64,000 nucleotides of DNA. Source: an uncultured Armatimonadetes bacterium. GTDB lineage: Bacteria > Armatimonadota > Hebobacteria > Hebobacterales > Hebobacteraceae. Below are positions 1 through 12,149 of this stretch, piece by piece. Positions within the stretch are counted from its first letter, which is position 1, and each line of letters opens with the position of its first letter. The translations under genes were made by a program, and so were the position numbers. The stretch lies in NCBI GenBank assembly GCA_963716175.1, contig OY970296.1, forward strand, positions 2,368,001 through 2,432,000, read 5' to 3'. A model generated the notes under the pieces. It was not told the DNA's origin. It searched no databases and saw nothing but the letters and a program-made list of their open reading frames with translations.

Positions 1-626
1 CCACCGGGCTGCGCAACTCGTGCGCCACGTCCGCGAGCAACTGCTGGCGACGCAGGCTGTCGGCCTGAAGCGCCTGAATCTGATCTCCGATGCGCTGCGC
101 CATCTGGTTCATGCTGGTGGCCACCCGTCCGAACTCGTCATCGCCAGTCAGCGGGATTCGGTGGCCGAAGGTCCCGCTGCGGAGCGCTCTGGCGCCTTCC
201 GCCAGCATGACGAGGGGACGCGTGAAGCGCCGGCTCAGCCAGATGCCGGCCGCCACAGACAGCAAGATACCAATGCCCAGGTTAGCGAGCAGCCTGGGAT
301 CTCCCCAGAACGGTCTGGGAGGGCGCGGCGGCCGGCCCTCGCCGGGGCCCCCTCCAGGAGGCGGCGGCCGACCCTCGCGGCCGCGCTCTCCAGGGTACGG
401 AGGCGGCGGCCGGCGGCCGCGCTCTCCTCCCCGCGCCTCCGGTGCGAAGAGCCGCTCACCACCTGGCCTCTGAGACGGCGCGGCTGCCCCGGGGGGTGGC
501 GGCCCGGGCGGCCGTCCCGGCCGGCGCAGGACGCCCAATCTTATCAGCTGGAAGACCAGAGCGCCGCCCACCAGCCAACTGAGGGCGACCACCACCACCA
601 TCGTCAGGATCAGTCGCGCTCCGACG

Positions 627-649
<23 letters not shown>
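1..649 (-). CDS. Sensor histidine kinase (HAMP + HisKA), 3' part runs off the window
   Basis: Manual translation from ATG at 649: MPSVPRLSVGARLILTMVVVVALSWLVGGALVF, a Pro/Gly-rich loop, a second TM, HAMP (GDDEFGRVATSMNQMA) and H-box LLADVAHELRSPV; overlaps the response regulator end. Confidence 0.85.
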
Positions 650-1307
<658 letters not shown>

Positions 1308-1391
1308 CGCTCTCTGCCTCTGCTGCGTCCGCACTTGCTGCTATGCATGATACCCGTCGCCCTCCGTCGCGTCAAAGCCCCACGACTGGCG

Positions 1392-2630
1392 TTACTCGTA
1401 CCGCAGGGCTTCGATGGGGTTGAGCTGGGCGGCCTTCTGCGCCGGCCAGATGCCGAAAAAGAGGCCGACCGCGGTGGCCACTCCCACGGCCTGGATGACC
1501 GAGGCGGTGGTGATCGCGGCGGGCGTGCTGAGGAGGGAGCCGAGCAGACTCGCCCCGAGCGCCCCCGCTCCGATGCCGAGCAGGCCTCCGGCCCCGGAGA
1601 TGACGCAGGACTCGATGAGGAACTGCAGGCGCACATCCTTGCTCGTCGCCCCGACCGCCTTGCGCAGGCCGATCTCCCGGGTGCGCTCTGACACGGACAC
1701 CAGCATGATGTTCATGATCCCGATGCCCCCGACAATCAAGGACACCACCGCGATTCCGGCGAGCAAGCTGGTCATAGTGCCTGTCGCGGTCTGGAAAGCC
1801 TCCAGCAGTCCCGTCTGGCTCCGGATGTGGAAGTCGTCGTTATCCTCATAGGGAGGCAGGATGTGATGGCGCTCGCGCAGCAGCCGACTGATCTGGTCCG
1901 TGGCCAGATCCATGGCGTCGCGCGAAGCGGCCTCGATGTTGATGGTGGAGAGGTCAGCGCGGTTGAAGATGCGCCGCAACGCAGTGCTCACGGGCACGAT
2001 CACCTGGTCATCCTGGTCCGGCCCGAAGCCTCCCGCGCCCTTGGTCTTCAGGATCCCGACGACCTTATAGCTGGAGCGGTCCACCAGCACCGTCTCCCCG
2101 ACCATGTTCGTATTCACATCCCCGGTGAGCTGCTGGACGACGGTGGTCCCCAACACGGCCACCTTCAGGCGCCCGTCCACGTCGGTCTGGGTGAGGAAGC
2201 GCCCGGCCTGCACCGGGGAGTTGTTCACGGTGCGATACTCGGGGGTGGTGCCGGTGGCAGTGGTGGACCAGTTCTTATTCCCATACTTCAGCGTCACCGC
2301 CCCCCGGGCGGTGGGGGCGACGTCGCGGACAGTCTGTGGGAAGTGGCGCGCGATCGTCTTCGCGTCGGCCTCGGTGAGGGTTGTCACCTGCGATCCCGCG
2401 CTGCCGGGGCCGCCGAAGCGCAGCTTCGGGTTCCCTGGCATCACGGTAAGGAGGTTGGTGCCCAGGGAGCTGATGCTCGCCGTCACCTTCTGGCTGGCGC
2501 CCTCGCCCAGGCCCACCATGGCGATCACCGCGCTCACGCCGATGATGATGCCGAGCATGGTGAGGCTAGTGCGCATCTTGTTCCGCCCCAGAGCGCGCAA
2601 GGCTACCTTCAGGCTTTCCCAGAGGTCCAT
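1392..2630 (-). CDS. MacB/FtsX-family ABC transporter permease
   Basis: [10 protein letters not shown]; [28 protein letters not shown]; [17 protein letters not shown]. Confidence 0.95.
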   Translation of the reverse strand: MDLWESLKVALRALGRNKMRTSLTMLGIIIGVSAVIAMVGLGEGASQKVTASISSLGTNLLTVMPGNPKLRFGGPGSAGSQVTTLTEADAKTIARHFPQTVRDVAPTARGAVTLKYGNKNWSTTATGTTPEYRTVNNSPVQAGRFLTQTDVDGRLKVAVLGTTVVQQLTGDVNTNMVGETVLVDRSSYKVVGILKTKGAGGFGPDQDDQVIVPVSTALRRIFNRADLSTINIEAASRDAMDLATDQISRLLRERHHILPPYEDNDDFHIRSQTGLLEAFQTATGTMTSLLAGIAVVSLIVGGIGIMNIMLVSVSERTREIGLRKAVGATSKDVRLQFLIESCVISGAGGLLGIGAGALGASLLGSLLSTPAAITTASVIQAVGVATAVGLFFGIWPAQKAAQLNPIEALRYE

Positions 2631-3370
2631 ACCGCCTCCCTCTCAACCATGGTGTCCAGCATGTCCGCGGCGGACAATCGCTCTCTGACCGGCATGTCCT
2701 GCTCCACAAAGCCGTCGCGAATGGCGATGATGCGCCTGGCATGGCGTGCGATATCGGACTCGTGAGTCACCAGGATCACGGTGATGCCGTACTCGTTGAG
2801 CTCCTGGAAGATACGCATGATCTCCTCGCCCTGGCGGGTGGCCAGGTTGCCGGTTGGCTCGTCGGCGAGGAGGAGGCTGGGCTGGGTGACCAGTGCGCGA
2901 GCGATGGCGACGCGCTGCTGCTGGCCGCCGGAGAGCTCGCTGGGCTTGTGGTGGAGACGGTCTGCGAGCCCCACGCGGGCCAACGCCTCCGCGGCCAAGT
3001 CCTTGCGATCCTTTGCCCGAGCATAGATCAGGGGCAGCTCGACGTTCTCCAGCGCGCTGGTGCGGGGGAGGAGGTTGAAGGTCTGGAAGACGAAGCCGAT
3101 GTTGCGGTTGCGGGTGGCAGCGAGCTCCAGGTCATCGAGTTCACCGACGTCCACCCCGTCCAGGAGGTAGGTCCCCGAGGTGGCCCGATCGAGACAGCCC
3201 AGGATATGCATGAGGGTGGACTTACCGGATCCAGAGGGGCCGGTGATGGCCACGAACTCGCCGGCGAAGATGGCGAGATCCACTCCCGCCAGCGCCTCGA
3301 CCCGGGCCCTGCCCAAGTCGTAGACCTTGGTCAGCTCCGATACGTCAATTACGGGTCTAGCCGCGGCCAC
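2609..3370 (-). CDS. MacB/LolD-type ABC transporter ATP-binding protein
   Basis: Walker [34 protein letters not shown]; GTG start at 3370 with a GGAGG RBS. Confidence 0.93.
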   Translation of the reverse strand: MAAARPVIDVSELTKVYDLGRARVEALAGVDLAIFAGEFVAITGPSGSGKSTLMHILGCLDRATSGTYLLDGVDVGELDDLELAATRNRNIGFVFQTFNLLPRTSALENVELPLIYARAKDRKDLAAEALARVGLADRLHHKPSELSGGQQQRVAIARALVTQPSLLLADEPTGNLATRQGEEIMRIFQELNEYGITVILVTHESDIARHARRIIAIRDGFVEQDMPVRERLSAADMLDTMVEREAVWTSGKA

Positions 3371-4949
3371 GGCCTCCCCCTGCTCCGCCCCCGGGGGGTG
3401 GGCCGGGCGGGCCGCCGAGGCCGAAGGGGCCTGGCACTGGCGGCCCCTCTCTCCGGCGGTCGCCCATCTGCGAAGTCTGCCCCGAGACGACCACGCTATC
3501 GCCGTCCTGGAGTCCGCTGATGATCTCGGTGCGGTCACCATCGCTGATCCCGGTTCGCACCGAGACGGTTGTGAACTCCGGCTTGCCACCAGGCCCGCCA
3601 GTCATGGCGGCGACGGTGGCGCCATGCGCGCTGTTCTTCAGAGCATCTACGGGGATCGTCAGCACGCGCTCTCGCCGCGCGATAACGATGTTGGCGGTGG
3701 CGGTCATGTCGGGTTTGAGCAGGTGGCCTGGGTTCTCCAGCGCGATGGTGACATCGTAGGTCACCACATTCTGCTGCATGGTCGAGCCGGAGGCGATCTT
3801 GGCCACGCGACCCCGGAACGGGCGGTTCGGGTAAGCATCTACGGTAACGGTGGCCGGCTGGCCCACGCGCACTTGGCCGATGTCGGTCTCATCCACGTAC
3901 GCATCCACCTGGAGCCGGTCGAGGTCGGCCACGATGATGAGGGTGGGGGCGGACAGACCGGCGGCGATGGTCTCGCCTTCCTGTTGGGCGAGCTGGATCA
4001 CCGTGCCCGAGATCGGGGAGCGGATGTACGACTTATCGAGCTGCGACCGCGCCATTGCGGCGGTCGCCTCTGACTGGCGCACGGCGGCGCGCGCCTGCGC
4101 CACCTGCTCCTGCTTGATCGCGTTCTGGGCGGTGCCGGCGGCGGCCGCGGTGAGCGCGGCCTGGGCCTGGTCGAGCTGGGCCCGCGCGCAGGCGAGGTCG
4201 CTGTCCACCTTGGTGCGAGTCAGGCTCATGTTCTGCTGCGCGGTGACAAGCTGGGCGGCATTGACCTCGGCCTGCGTGCGGGCATCATCCACAGCTGCCG
4301 CGGCCACATAGCCGTTCTGGAAGAGCTGCTCCGTGCGGGCCAGGCTAGTGTTGGAATTGGTCGCGTTCGCCTGCGCCTGACGCACCGCGGCCTCGGCCGT
4401 GGCGACTTGAAGGTTCGCCGAGTCCTGCGCTTGCCGAAGCATGGTCTGGGCCGTGGCCACGCCGGCGCGGGCCCTCTCGATCTCGGTTCTGCTCTGGATG
4501 CTCTGGAGATCAACCCCAGCGAGCTGCTCGGACAGCCGCCGCTGATTCAGCGCCAGCGTGGCTTCGGCCTGGCTCACCTGGGCTGCGAGGTCGGGCAGGT
4601 CCAGCTCCGCGATGACCTGGCCCGCGCGCACCTGGCTGCCGACGTCGGCAAAGAGATGCTCGATCCGGCCCGTGATCTGAGAGCCGATCTTCACCACCGC
4701 GCCGGTCTGGGCAGTCACCGAGCCGGTGGCCGACACGGTCTGCACCAGATCGGCCCGCTCCGCTTGCGCCATGGTCACCCCGTCCGCGGCGCGCGGCTTT
4801 GCGTGCCGCGCCGCGATCAGCGCGGTGACGGCGAGCACAGGCACGAGAGCAAGCGATGTCTTGGCAATCCATCTCCGGCGGCGCCGGGCGACCGCGACAC
4901 GCATGGTGCCTCGTGCCACCGCCACCTGCGATGCTCCTGTCATGGTCAC
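3357..4949 (-). CDS. MacA/HlyD-family periplasmic adaptor subunit
   Basis: N-terminal TM, VSATGSV, long coiled coil, [18 protein letters not shown], Gly/Pro-rich tail. Confidence 0.92.
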   Translation of the reverse strand: MTMTGASQVAVARGTMRVAVARRRRRWIAKTSLALVPVLAVTALIAARHAKPRAADGVTMAQAERADLVQTVSATGSVTAQTGAVVKIGSQITGRIEHLFADVGSQVRAGQVIAELDLPDLAAQVSQAEATLALNQRRLSEQLAGVDLQSIQSRTEIERARAGVATAQTMLRQAQDSANLQVATAEAAVRQAQANATNSNTSLARTEQLFQNGYVAAAAVDDARTQAEVNAAQLVTAQQNMSLTRTKVDSDLACARAQLDQAQAALTAAAAGTAQNAIKQEQVAQARAAVRQSEATAAMARSQLDKSYIRSPISGTVIQLAQQEGETIAAGLSAPTLIIVADLDRLQVDAYVDETDIGQVRVGQPATVTVDAYPNRPFRGRVAKIASGSTMQQNVVTYDVTIALENPGHLLKPDMTATANIVIARRERVLTIPVDALKNSAHGATVAAMTGGPGGKPEFTTVSVRTGISDGDRTEIISGLQDGDSVVVSGQTSQMGDRRREGPPVPGPFGLGGPPGPPPGGGAGGGRGRG

Positions 4950-4971
4950 ACTCCTTCCGTTCTGGGCGAGC

Positions 4972-6909
4972 CTAGGCCCCGAGCTTGAACGCCCGCGCGA
5001 TGTAGGCCGCCATCAAGTCGCGGGTCACCACGCACTCGGGGTGGTACAGCCCATCCGGATAGCCGGTGGTCACGCCGGCCTGCTGGATGTACTGGATGTA
5101 CTTCCGGGACCAGAAGTCACACGGCACGTCCGGGAAGACAGGGTCGGTGCAGCCGGGGTCAGGCACTGCGCTGTCACCTCCGGCCATGGCGCGGGCAACG
5201 TAGACGGCCATGGTGCCGCGGTCCACGGCCTGCGCCGGCTGGTAGCTCCCATCGCGATAGCCCTGCACCACGCCGCGGGCTGCGGCATATTCCACGTATC
5301 TGAAGGCCCAGAAGCTGATCGGCACGTCGGTGAAAGCCGCGGCGGCTGGCCCGCTGGGCACCGCGGCATCCCCCCCGGCCATGGCGCGGGAGATGTAGAC
5401 AGCCATCTGGTCGCGGGTGACGGGGAGACTGGGTTGGTAGGTGCCGTCGGCATAGCCACTCACAATCCCTGAGTCGTAGCAGGTCTCGATGTCCTTGTAG
5501 GCCCAGTGGTCCCAGTCGAGATCGTCGAATAGCGGCAGGAAGGCATACCCTGTGGCACCTGTGGCTACCGTCACGGGGAGCCGTGGGGCGGGAAACTCGG
5601 TGTAGGTTCCGTTGCCATCGAAGTCCGCGAGGAATGCCGTGGTGGCGACGTTCCCGCTCGAGGAGGCCTGGGCAGAGATGCTGAGGGTGATGAAGAGATC
5701 CGCGAGCCGGTCGCCTGAGAGGGGGGTGACCACGTCAGTCATGTCAACAGCGATCCGCTGCGAGCTGCTTATGCCGAGTTCCATTCCACCCGAGTGGTGC
5801 AGCACCGGATCGGTGACCGCGTCGGCATCGGACGGGAGGCCTGCACCTCCGCTCAAGTCCACGGAGCCGCGTTGAGCAGCATCGAGCCCGACCAGCGCGT
5901 ATACCTTGGGACGGTAGCTCGGTCGGTCGTCGGTATAGAGGATATCGTAGACGAAGCGCCCCTCGGTGAACGCGTCGTAGGCAATCCAGAGGAAGCCGCC
6001 GGCGCCCTTGCTGTTTGCGACTCCCCAGGAGGCTCCCCAGCTATTGGCGGCGAGGAACGCCCCGGTGTGAATCTGCCCGTCGCGCTGGTCTAGGTAGGTC
6101 TTGGTATCATCGTAGCCGACCAAGGTCACGACGTGAGAAGTGAGGTAGGGGCCGTCTGGCGCATAGAGGACATCGCTATCCACGCCAGGAGCGTGGGGGT
6201 AGTCGAAATAGAGGTTGGCGTACATATCCACCATCACCAGCGCGAGCCGGCCATTGGCGAGGAGCTGCTTCGCCGCCTCGAGACCATCGGAGGTGCGGCC
6301 CGAGATGCGGTAGGAGCCCTTCGTGCGGCGGCTGAGTGCGTCTACCCAGGCCGCCTCGGAGGGCCAGGTGGTGTAATCAGTCTCGCGATAGGGGGCAAGA
6401 GCTAGGCTGCTGCAGCCGATCACCGACAACCTCGCCATGGCGTAGTCCAGGTACGCTCCCCCGTCCACGCCATCGTTCAGGAGAGGATACAGGAAGGCTG
6501 GACTGCACGTATTCCCGAGATCACCCTGCGAGACATCGGTGCCCTCATCCATCGCCTGCGTGTAAGTGTCGTAGTAGTAACCAATGGCCCAGCCAACGCA
6601 GGAGTTCTGATCCCCCTGGTCGCCAATCGGGGGGAACCAAGGGAGAGTGCTGTTGTCAACCGCAGTGGGCCAATCGGCTGGGAGTGCTGCCCCCGCGCGT
6701 GAGGTGAACCGGCCTTCGCTCTCGACTCTGGCGCGCGCGACGGCATCGGGGCTCACGTCCTGCACCTGGAAGTAGACGCGAGCTACGTAGGCGCGCTCCT
6801 CGGGAGTGCCGGGTCGGGCCCCGAGGCCGTGAGCCCAGGCCGCCACGCCGCTGCTGACCAGCATCCACGCCGCCAGCGCCGCAAGCATCGCTCTGCATCG
6901 GTTTCCCAT
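4972..6909 (-). CDS. Secreted papain-like (C1) cysteine peptidase with C-terminal SLH domains
   Basis: Signal peptide; catalytic motifs QGDQNSCVGWA, SHVVTLVGYDD, ANSWG; three SLH repeats (e.g. GYADGTYQPSLPVTRDQMA); start at MGNRC. Confidence 0.88.
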   Translation of the reverse strand: MGNRCRAMLAALAAWMLVSSGVAAWAHGLGARPGTPEERAYVARVYFQVQDVSPDAVARARVESEGRFTSRAGAALPADWPTAVDNSTLPWFPPIGDQGDQNSCVGWAIGYYYDTYTQAMDEGTDVSQGDLGNTCSPAFLYPLLNDGVDGGAYLDYAMARLSVIGCSSLALAPYRETDYTTWPSEAAWVDALSRRTKGSYRISGRTSDGLEAAKQLLANGRLALVMVDMYANLYFDYPHAPGVDSDVLYAPDGPYLTSHVVTLVGYDDTKTYLDQRDGQIHTGAFLAANSWGASWGVANSKGAGGFLWIAYDAFTEGRFVYDILYTDDRPSYRPKVYALVGLDAAQRGSVDLSGGAGLPSDADAVTDPVLHHSGGMELGISSSQRIAVDMTDVVTPLSGDRLADLFITLSISAQASSSGNVATTAFLADFDGNGTYTEFPAPRLPVTVATGATGYAFLPLFDDLDWDHWAYKDIETCYDSGIVSGYADGTYQPSLPVTRDQMAVYISRAMAGGDAAVPSGPAAAAFTDVPISFWAFRYVEYAAARGVVQGYRDGSYQPAQAVDRGTMAVYVARAMAGGDSAVPDPGCTDPVFPDVPCDFWSRKYIQYIQQAGVTTGYPDGLYHPECVVTRDLMAAYIARAFKLGA

Positions 6910-6991
6910 GGTGGGGCCTTCCTGCTGGTGCGCCTGTCGTGCTGCCTGAAGCAGCCAACCGATACCGTACCCGCCCAACATCGCGGGCCTG

Positions 6992-7031
6992 TGGAAGGCC
7001 AATGGAAGGTCCGTGGATTCTTGGTGGAATG
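6992..7031 (-). promoter_or_regulatory. Putative OmpR-type binding site: four TGGA(A/T) repeats at 11-bp period
   Basis: TGGAA at 6992, 7003 and 7025 and TGGAT at 7014; lies upstream of a possible -10 (TACGGT, 6969-6964) for the peptidase-macAB unit. Confidence 0.55.
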
Positions 7032-7281
7032 GTCGCGTTTGGCGCGCACAGAGGTCAGCGGCAGGAGGCGCGCCTCCGCACCAAGCTCGGAGAACGGCAA
7101 CGGCCGCGGAGGACCCGGCCCTCCCGCTCCCCTGTGGCATTCACGAAGAATGCACTATCACACCACGCCCGCTCCACCCGTGCTCCACATGGCCGGGGTA
7201 GAGTGCGAGTGCCGTGCGCACCTGGAGGCTCTGCGGTGAGCCGACGTGCGGCACGGGAATCTAGCGGAAAGGTGGTGAAAG

Positions 7282-7887
7282 ATGATGCGATCTCTGCGTA
7301 GCCTAACCCACCGCTATTGGGGCGCCGCGGCTGGCGCACTCGTCCTCGCCGCAGCAGCCGGGCTGGGTGCGGTCGCACGCGCACAGACTGACCAGGGCAC
7401 TGTGCCAGGCAGAGTGCTGCTCGACGGGGACCTGGCGAAGCTCGGCGTGGTCGTGATGGCCAATCAGACGCCCATCACCCGGGCCGACGCGCAGGCTGTG
7501 CTCCCGGTACTGGAGGAGATCCAGGCGGACCTCGAGGAGCAGGAGCCAGACGGAGACGGCACAGACGACACTGCCGCTGACCTGGACGCGCAACTGCGCA
7601 CTGCACTCTCTCCGAAGCTGTTGGCAGCAGTTGGCACCGTCCGCCTGCTCGCCCCCTCTGTACCTCGTGGACCGGCCGGTTGGGGCCCGGGTCCCGGTGG
7701 ACGGGGGCACATGCGCGGCCCGGCCGGCCCCGGCGCAGGGCCGGGTGAAGCTGGGGCGGACCTGGCAGGCCCCCGCATGGGACGCGGTCCGCGGGGCGGG
7801 CGTGGCCCTGGCGGCCCGATGGGACCGATGGGTCGCTGGCTGTTGGGCCCGCTCCTTGACTTCTTCAAGACCACCGCTGCTGGATAG
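7282..7887 (+). CDS. Hypothetical exported protein with Gly/Pro-rich segment
   Basis: Signal-peptide-like N-terminus (AVARA/Q), coding-like composition, fills the intergenic gap. Confidence 0.65.
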   Translation: MMRSLRSLTHRYWGAAAGALVLAAAAGLGAVARAQTDQGTVPGRVLLDGDLAKLGVVVMANQTPITRADAQAVLPVLEEIQADLEEQEPDGDGTDDTAADLDAQLRTALSPKLLAAVGTVRLLAPSVPRGPAGWGPGPGGRGHMRGPAGPGAGPGEAGADLAGPRMGRGPRGGRGPGGPMGPMGRWLLGPLLDFFKTTAAG

Positions 7888-8081
7888 CGATGAGTCAGTC
7901 GCCGCTAGTGCTGTCGCGGACAGGGCCGACACAGCCCGTCGGCCCTGCCCGCTCCGTCTCTGCCGCGTCAGCTCAGATGTGATGGGGCTGCGAGCGAACG
8001 CCGCTCCGGGCCCGTCTGAGCAGTTGCCCGAGCTTCGCCCGTTACTTCTTTGGGCGAAGCTCAGTAGTCCCTCCTCCGGCG

Positions 8082-8876
8082 CTATCGGGCGGCCCCGAAG
8101 ATCTCCTCAAAGAACAGCCGCATCGCCTGCCAGGAACGTCTATCGGCCTTCTCGTTGTAGGCGGCGCCTCTGGAGGGGTCGTTTCCCGATGCGGGATTGG
8201 TGAAGCTGTGCACTGCTCCGCCGTAGATGTTGAGCTGCCAGTCCACACCGGCCGCGCGCATCTCCTGCTCGAAGGCGGAGACCTGTGCAGGAGGGACGAA
8301 CGGATCGTCCCCGCCGTGCAGGGCCAACACCTTGCACTTGATGTTCCTGGCATCGCCGGGGTTGGGGGTGTCCAGGCCTCCGTGGAAGCTGACCACGCCC
8401 GCGATCTCGGCCCCACTCCGCGCCAGCTCCAGCACGGTGGTGCCCCCAAAGCAGTACCCGATGGCGGCGATCTTGCTGGGATCAACCCGCTCGTCGCGGC
8501 GGAGCGCCTCGAGCGCTGCCCTCGCGCGCTCTCGCATCAGCGGGCGGTCATTCCGGTAGAGGGCGGCCACTTTCGCTGACTCTTCGGGCGTCTGCGGCCT
8601 CACGCCCTTGCCGTAGATGTCGGCCGCCATGGCGACATAGCCAAGCCCTACGAGCTGCTCGGCCCGCTTCTTCACATAGGGACCAATCCCATTCCATTCA
8701 TGGACGACCAACACGGCCGGGCGTCTACCCTTCACCTCATCATCATAGGCCAGATACCCCTCCAGCACAGTATCTCTGTCTCGGTACTCGATGGCCGCGG
8801 TGCGCAGTGCGGCGTAGGATGCAGATGAACACAGCAGCGCGGCAAGAACGGCCCAGAACGGGATCATCTCTGTCAT
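8082..8876 (-). CDS. Dienelactone hydrolase family protein
   Basis: VHEWNG, nucleophile motif GYCFGG, HGGDDP, GAVHSFT. Confidence 0.92.
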   Translation of the reverse strand: MTEMIPFWAVLAALLCSSASYAALRTAAIEYRDRDTVLEGYLAYDDEVKGRRPAVLVVHEWNGIGPYVKKRAEQLVGLGYVAMAADIYGKGVRPQTPEESAKVAALYRNDRPLMRERARAALEALRRDERVDPSKIAAIGYCFGGTTVLELARSGAEIAGVVSFHGGLDTPNPGDARNIKCKVLALHGGDDPFVPPAQVSAFEQEMRAAGVDWQLNIYGGAVHSFTNPASGNDPSRGAAYNEKADRRSWQAMRLFFEEIFGAAR

Positions 8877-9135
8877 GTCAGTCAACCTTTCGCCTCTAGA
8901 CTCTGTGCACGGATGATAGCGCAGCACCGGGCTGTCCTATTGTCCCTCTGGCACAACATTCGACGGCAGAGGACTCTCGGGAGCAGTTCTCGCGATCCCG
9001 GCGGGGGGAGCAGCAGATGCCATGCCGGTGCGAGCAGGTGATCGGCAAGGAATGAGGGGCTTCGCTCTGGTGCGGTACCGGCCCCGATGATGCCCGCATG
9101 CACAGGCAGCGATGGCTCTCTATCCGCAGCACGAT

Positions 9136-10284
9136 TCACAGGTAGGTGGCGGCGAACTCGCGGGCTGCCTCCATATAGGCGCGCACATTCTCGATCGGAG
9201 TGCCGTTGCGGATGGAGTCCGAGGTGGACAGGATGAAGCGGCCGCCCGGCGCCGCTGCCTGCAGAGTCCGTCGCACCACCTCGCGGATGTCCTCCGGCCG
9301 CATCAGCATGATCACGTTGTAGAGATCAACATTGCCGATCAAACAGATGCGGCTTCCCACCTCCTGCTTGGCCTCGGCGAGACCCACGTCGCCCATGGGG
9401 GGCGGGGGCAAGGTCGAGACGCAGTCAACCCCGGCATCGGCCCAGTCGGCGAGCAGCGGGGTGCACTTGCCGTCATCGTAGAGATGGTAGATCAGCCCAT
9501 GCTCGTGCGCCAGGTTGACGCATTCCTTGATCAAGGGCAAGAAGGCTGCCCGGTAGATGGCCGGCAACCAGCCTGCGCCCAGGGAGAAGTTGTACCAACT
9601 GCCGAAGATCACCGCGGCGCCACTGTGACAGGCGTGGTGGAGCGCTTTCAGATGGTACTCGTGGAAGAAGCGCAAGGCCTGATCGAAGAACTCCCGGTCC
9701 TCATAGTAGAGGATCATGCAGTTGTTGATCCCGATCGCGTCCACGAAGTCATGGTCTACACCCCAGCTGGGCCGCACCTGCACAAGCGCCGAATCGCGCA
9801 CGCTCTCCTCTTCCCGAGCGACGTGCGCGAAGTCGGCAGCCTCCGGCTCCGGCATGAGGTAGCGCAGCCTCTCCAGATCACTCCGCTGCTCTACCAGATG
9901 CTCGATGCGATGAGGGTTGGAGCCGGTGCCGTACACGGACTGCGGATCTCCCAGCTTGTACCGGTCGCTCAGCTCGCCGGCCGGGGTGCTGATGCGACGG
10001 GCGACGATCTCGAAGTCTGGCCCCCGCTCGCGGGTCACTGAGACCGACACGTCCTTGAGGCGGCCATAGCCGCCATCAGCGTAGATCAGATTGGGCAACT
10101 CACCACCCACCGCCAGCATCGGCTCGTAGGGCATCTCCTGGGCCAGCCGCACGTGCTCGGCCACGCCCTGCCCTCCCAGGTACTCGATCAGCCATGACCA
10201 GATGCGCGGCGCGTTCGGGATGCGGTCCAGTTCCTCTCCGCGCATCGCACGCAGCAGACGCTCTCGCACGCTCAGTGTCTTCAC
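9136..10284 (-). CDS. Uroporphyrinogen decarboxylase-like (UroD/MtaA fold) protein
   Basis: RERLLRAMRGEELDRIP start, CLIGNVD, GRFILSTSDSI...TPIENVRA. Confidence 0.85.
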   Translation of the reverse strand: MKTLSVRERLLRAMRGEELDRIPNAPRIWSWLIEYLGGQGVAEHVRLAQEMPYEPMLAVGGELPNLIYADGGYGRLKDVSVSVTRERGPDFEIVARRISTPAGELSDRYKLGDPQSVYGTGSNPHRIEHLVEQRSDLERLRYLMPEPEAADFAHVAREEESVRDSALVQVRPSWGVDHDFVDAIGINNCMILYYEDREFFDQALRFFHEYHLKALHHACHSGAAVIFGSWYNFSLGAGWLPAIYRAAFLPLIKECVNLAHEHGLIYHLYDDGKCTPLLADWADAGVDCVSTLPPPPMGDVGLAEAKQEVGSRICLIGNVDLYNVIMLMRPEDIREVVRRTLQAAAPGGRFILSTSDSIRNGTPIENVRAYMEAAREFAATYL

Positions 10285-10492
10285 GATTGCCCATCACCTC
10301 CAGTGTATTGAGTGCTCTTGGACAAATGCAGGCTAATTCCTCGTCGCGCGCCAGAGTCCGCGCGTTCGGGCGGGCTGTTCGGCGTCGGCGTGAGGCCGCT
10401 CGGCCTCTCTCATGCTGAAGGGACGAGCGCCCGCCTGGTGTAGAGAGGAGCCGAGAGATAGCGGTTACAGTGCTAAGGGAGGATCGGAAGCA

Positions 10493-11197
10493 ATGAGCGC
10501 TACAACCTCTTTCATCGAGCAAGCGAAGCAGCGGGCCGAGCGCTTCGGCGTGCGGAACGTGGTGGTCGCAACGCTCACGGGCGAGACGGCCCGGCTGGTC
10601 CGGGAGGTCTTCGGCCCTGGCTACAGGCTCTTCGCGGTGGGCAATCCCACTGCGGCTCATGCGCGGGGGCTGGTCTACCACGATGGCATCAGCGAGGAGG
10701 CGCGGCGGGGCCTGGAGGAGGAAGGCACTACCGTCATCCTGATGGACCAGGGGCCTTTCCAGGCGATCAGCATTGGCGGGCAGCCCTATGACGTGGGCGG
10801 AGAGGTGCCGTCGGAGATCTGGCGCGGTGCGCACAAATCCATCAGGGACTGGGGCTTCATCGGTCGGCTCAGTGAGGTCATCACCAAGGGCCTGCGCGGC
10901 GAGATCAACCCTCTCTGGCTTATGTCGCAGACCGTCGGTTCTCTGCTTGGCGACGGGCCTGCGGTGTGCCTGGAGGTGACGCTGATGGCAGCAGACTCAG
11001 GCGAGCTACCCCTCGACGAGGATTGCATAGCTATCGCCCGACCCCGACCGGCGTCCCATGCACCCGATGCCGCGCTAGTGCTCCATCCACAGACCACACC
11101 CCGCTTCCTCGCCGGCCTGCGGATCAAGGACCTGCTCCTGTGCCCGAGGCCCGGAGATCACTGGTTCTGCGACAAACCGCTCTGGCCGGATGGCTGA
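10493..11197 (+). CDS. Pyruvate kinase C-terminal alpha/beta domain-like hypothetical protein
   Basis: NVVVATLTGETA and VCLEVTLMAADSG motifs; GGAGG RBS before ATG 10493. Confidence 0.7.
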   Translation: MSATTSFIEQAKQRAERFGVRNVVVATLTGETARLVREVFGPGYRLFAVGNPTAAHARGLVYHDGISEEARRGLEEEGTTVILMDQGPFQAISIGGQPYDVGGEVPSEIWRGAHKSIRDWGFIGRLSEVITKGLRGEINPLWLMSQTVGSLLGDGPAVCLEVTLMAADSGELPLDEDCIAIARPRPASHAPDAALVLHPQTTPRFLAGLRIKDLLLCPRPGDHWFCDKPLWPDG

Positions 11198-11375
11198 ACA
11201 CGCCGGCCAGTCTGCCCTCCGCCGCCTGTCTTGTGCCAGTGTCCGAGTGTAGATTGTCCGGCGCCAGCGTAACCCCTTCAGCACGTTGATCGCGAAGATA
11301 CAGGGTGCTTGAGCGGCCAGGCAGGAACTGCATGTGAGCAGGAAGAGCGCGGCTACAAGCGGCCTTTCCTATGCT

Positions 11376-12149
11376 TCATCGCATGCCCTCCAGTCCGAAC
11401 ACCTTCGCCGCGTTCCCACCCATCAGCAGGTTCATCTCGGCCGGCGGCAGTTGGGCCTCCTCAGCCTTCAGCAGCGCCGACCGGGCGTAGAAGAAAGGCC
11501 ACAAAGTGCCGAACAGCAACTTCTCGGCGCCGACCGCTTCACAGGCCCGCCTGATACATCCCACCCCGTCGAGATGGGTGGTGTCGAGCCAAAGGTTGGG
11601 CAGTGCCCGGATGCGCTCCGCGTGTGAGCTGTTTTCTACCTCCCCCTGGCGAGCGGCCGCGGCGGCGATGCGCGCCGCCGGCGCGCTCTCTGCCAGCGAG
11701 ATGACCTCCTCGATCGGCGCCGGTGGGACGAATGTGGTCGGCGGGTGGCTGCGCTCGTCCTGCATCCTGAGCTGGATCACCGCCGCCAGGTTGTGGCCAG
11801 CCAAGCTGTCGAACACAGTGTTGATCTGCGAGACCGGGTAGCCGTGGAACCCCGGGGCGAATCGCACCGCTCGGACCTGGGGGTGGCGCGCCAGTTGCTC
11901 GATGTGCCGCTTGGCATCGGCCATGCGCAGGTTCACGACTGGCGCAGCCCAGAGATTCGGTCGGCCCTTGAGGCGGCGCAGCAGCTCGTCGTTGGCCGGT
12001 TCTGTGTCCGTGTAGAAGAGAGCGGGCATCGGTGAGACCAGCGCCTGGTCGAGAGCCAGTTCCTTCATCGTGGCAGCAAGGCCGCGCACGGTTCCCTCAA
12101 TGTTCCGGAACGGCCATGGTCCAAGGTATGCCGCGGCATCAACCCTCAT
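11376..12149 (-). CDS. Amidohydrolase_2 family protein (degenerate metal site)
   Basis: VDAAAYLGPWPFR, KLLFGTLWPF, LMGGNAAKVF. Confidence 0.82.
   Translation of the reverse strand: MRVDAAAYLGPWPFRNIEGTVRGLAATMKELALDQALVSPMPALFYTDTEPANDELLRRLKGRPNLWAAPVVNLRMADAKRHIEQLARHPQVRAVRFAPGFHGYPVSQINTVFDSLAGHNLAAVIQLRMQDERSHPPTTFVPPAPIEEVISLAESAPAARIAAAAARQGEVENSSHAERIRALPNLWLDTTHLDGVGCIRRACEAVGAEKLLFGTLWPFFYARSALLKAEEAQLPPAEMNLLMGGNAAKVFGLEGMR

Noticed and set aside
6910-7140. N-terminal extension of the SLH peptidase
   Set aside because: Signal peptide starts at 6909 and the extension spans the putative regulatory repeats
9136-10284. Calling this gene (or 46467-47598) hemE
   Set aside because: Lacks the HemE W.MRQAGR motif; only the fold family is supported
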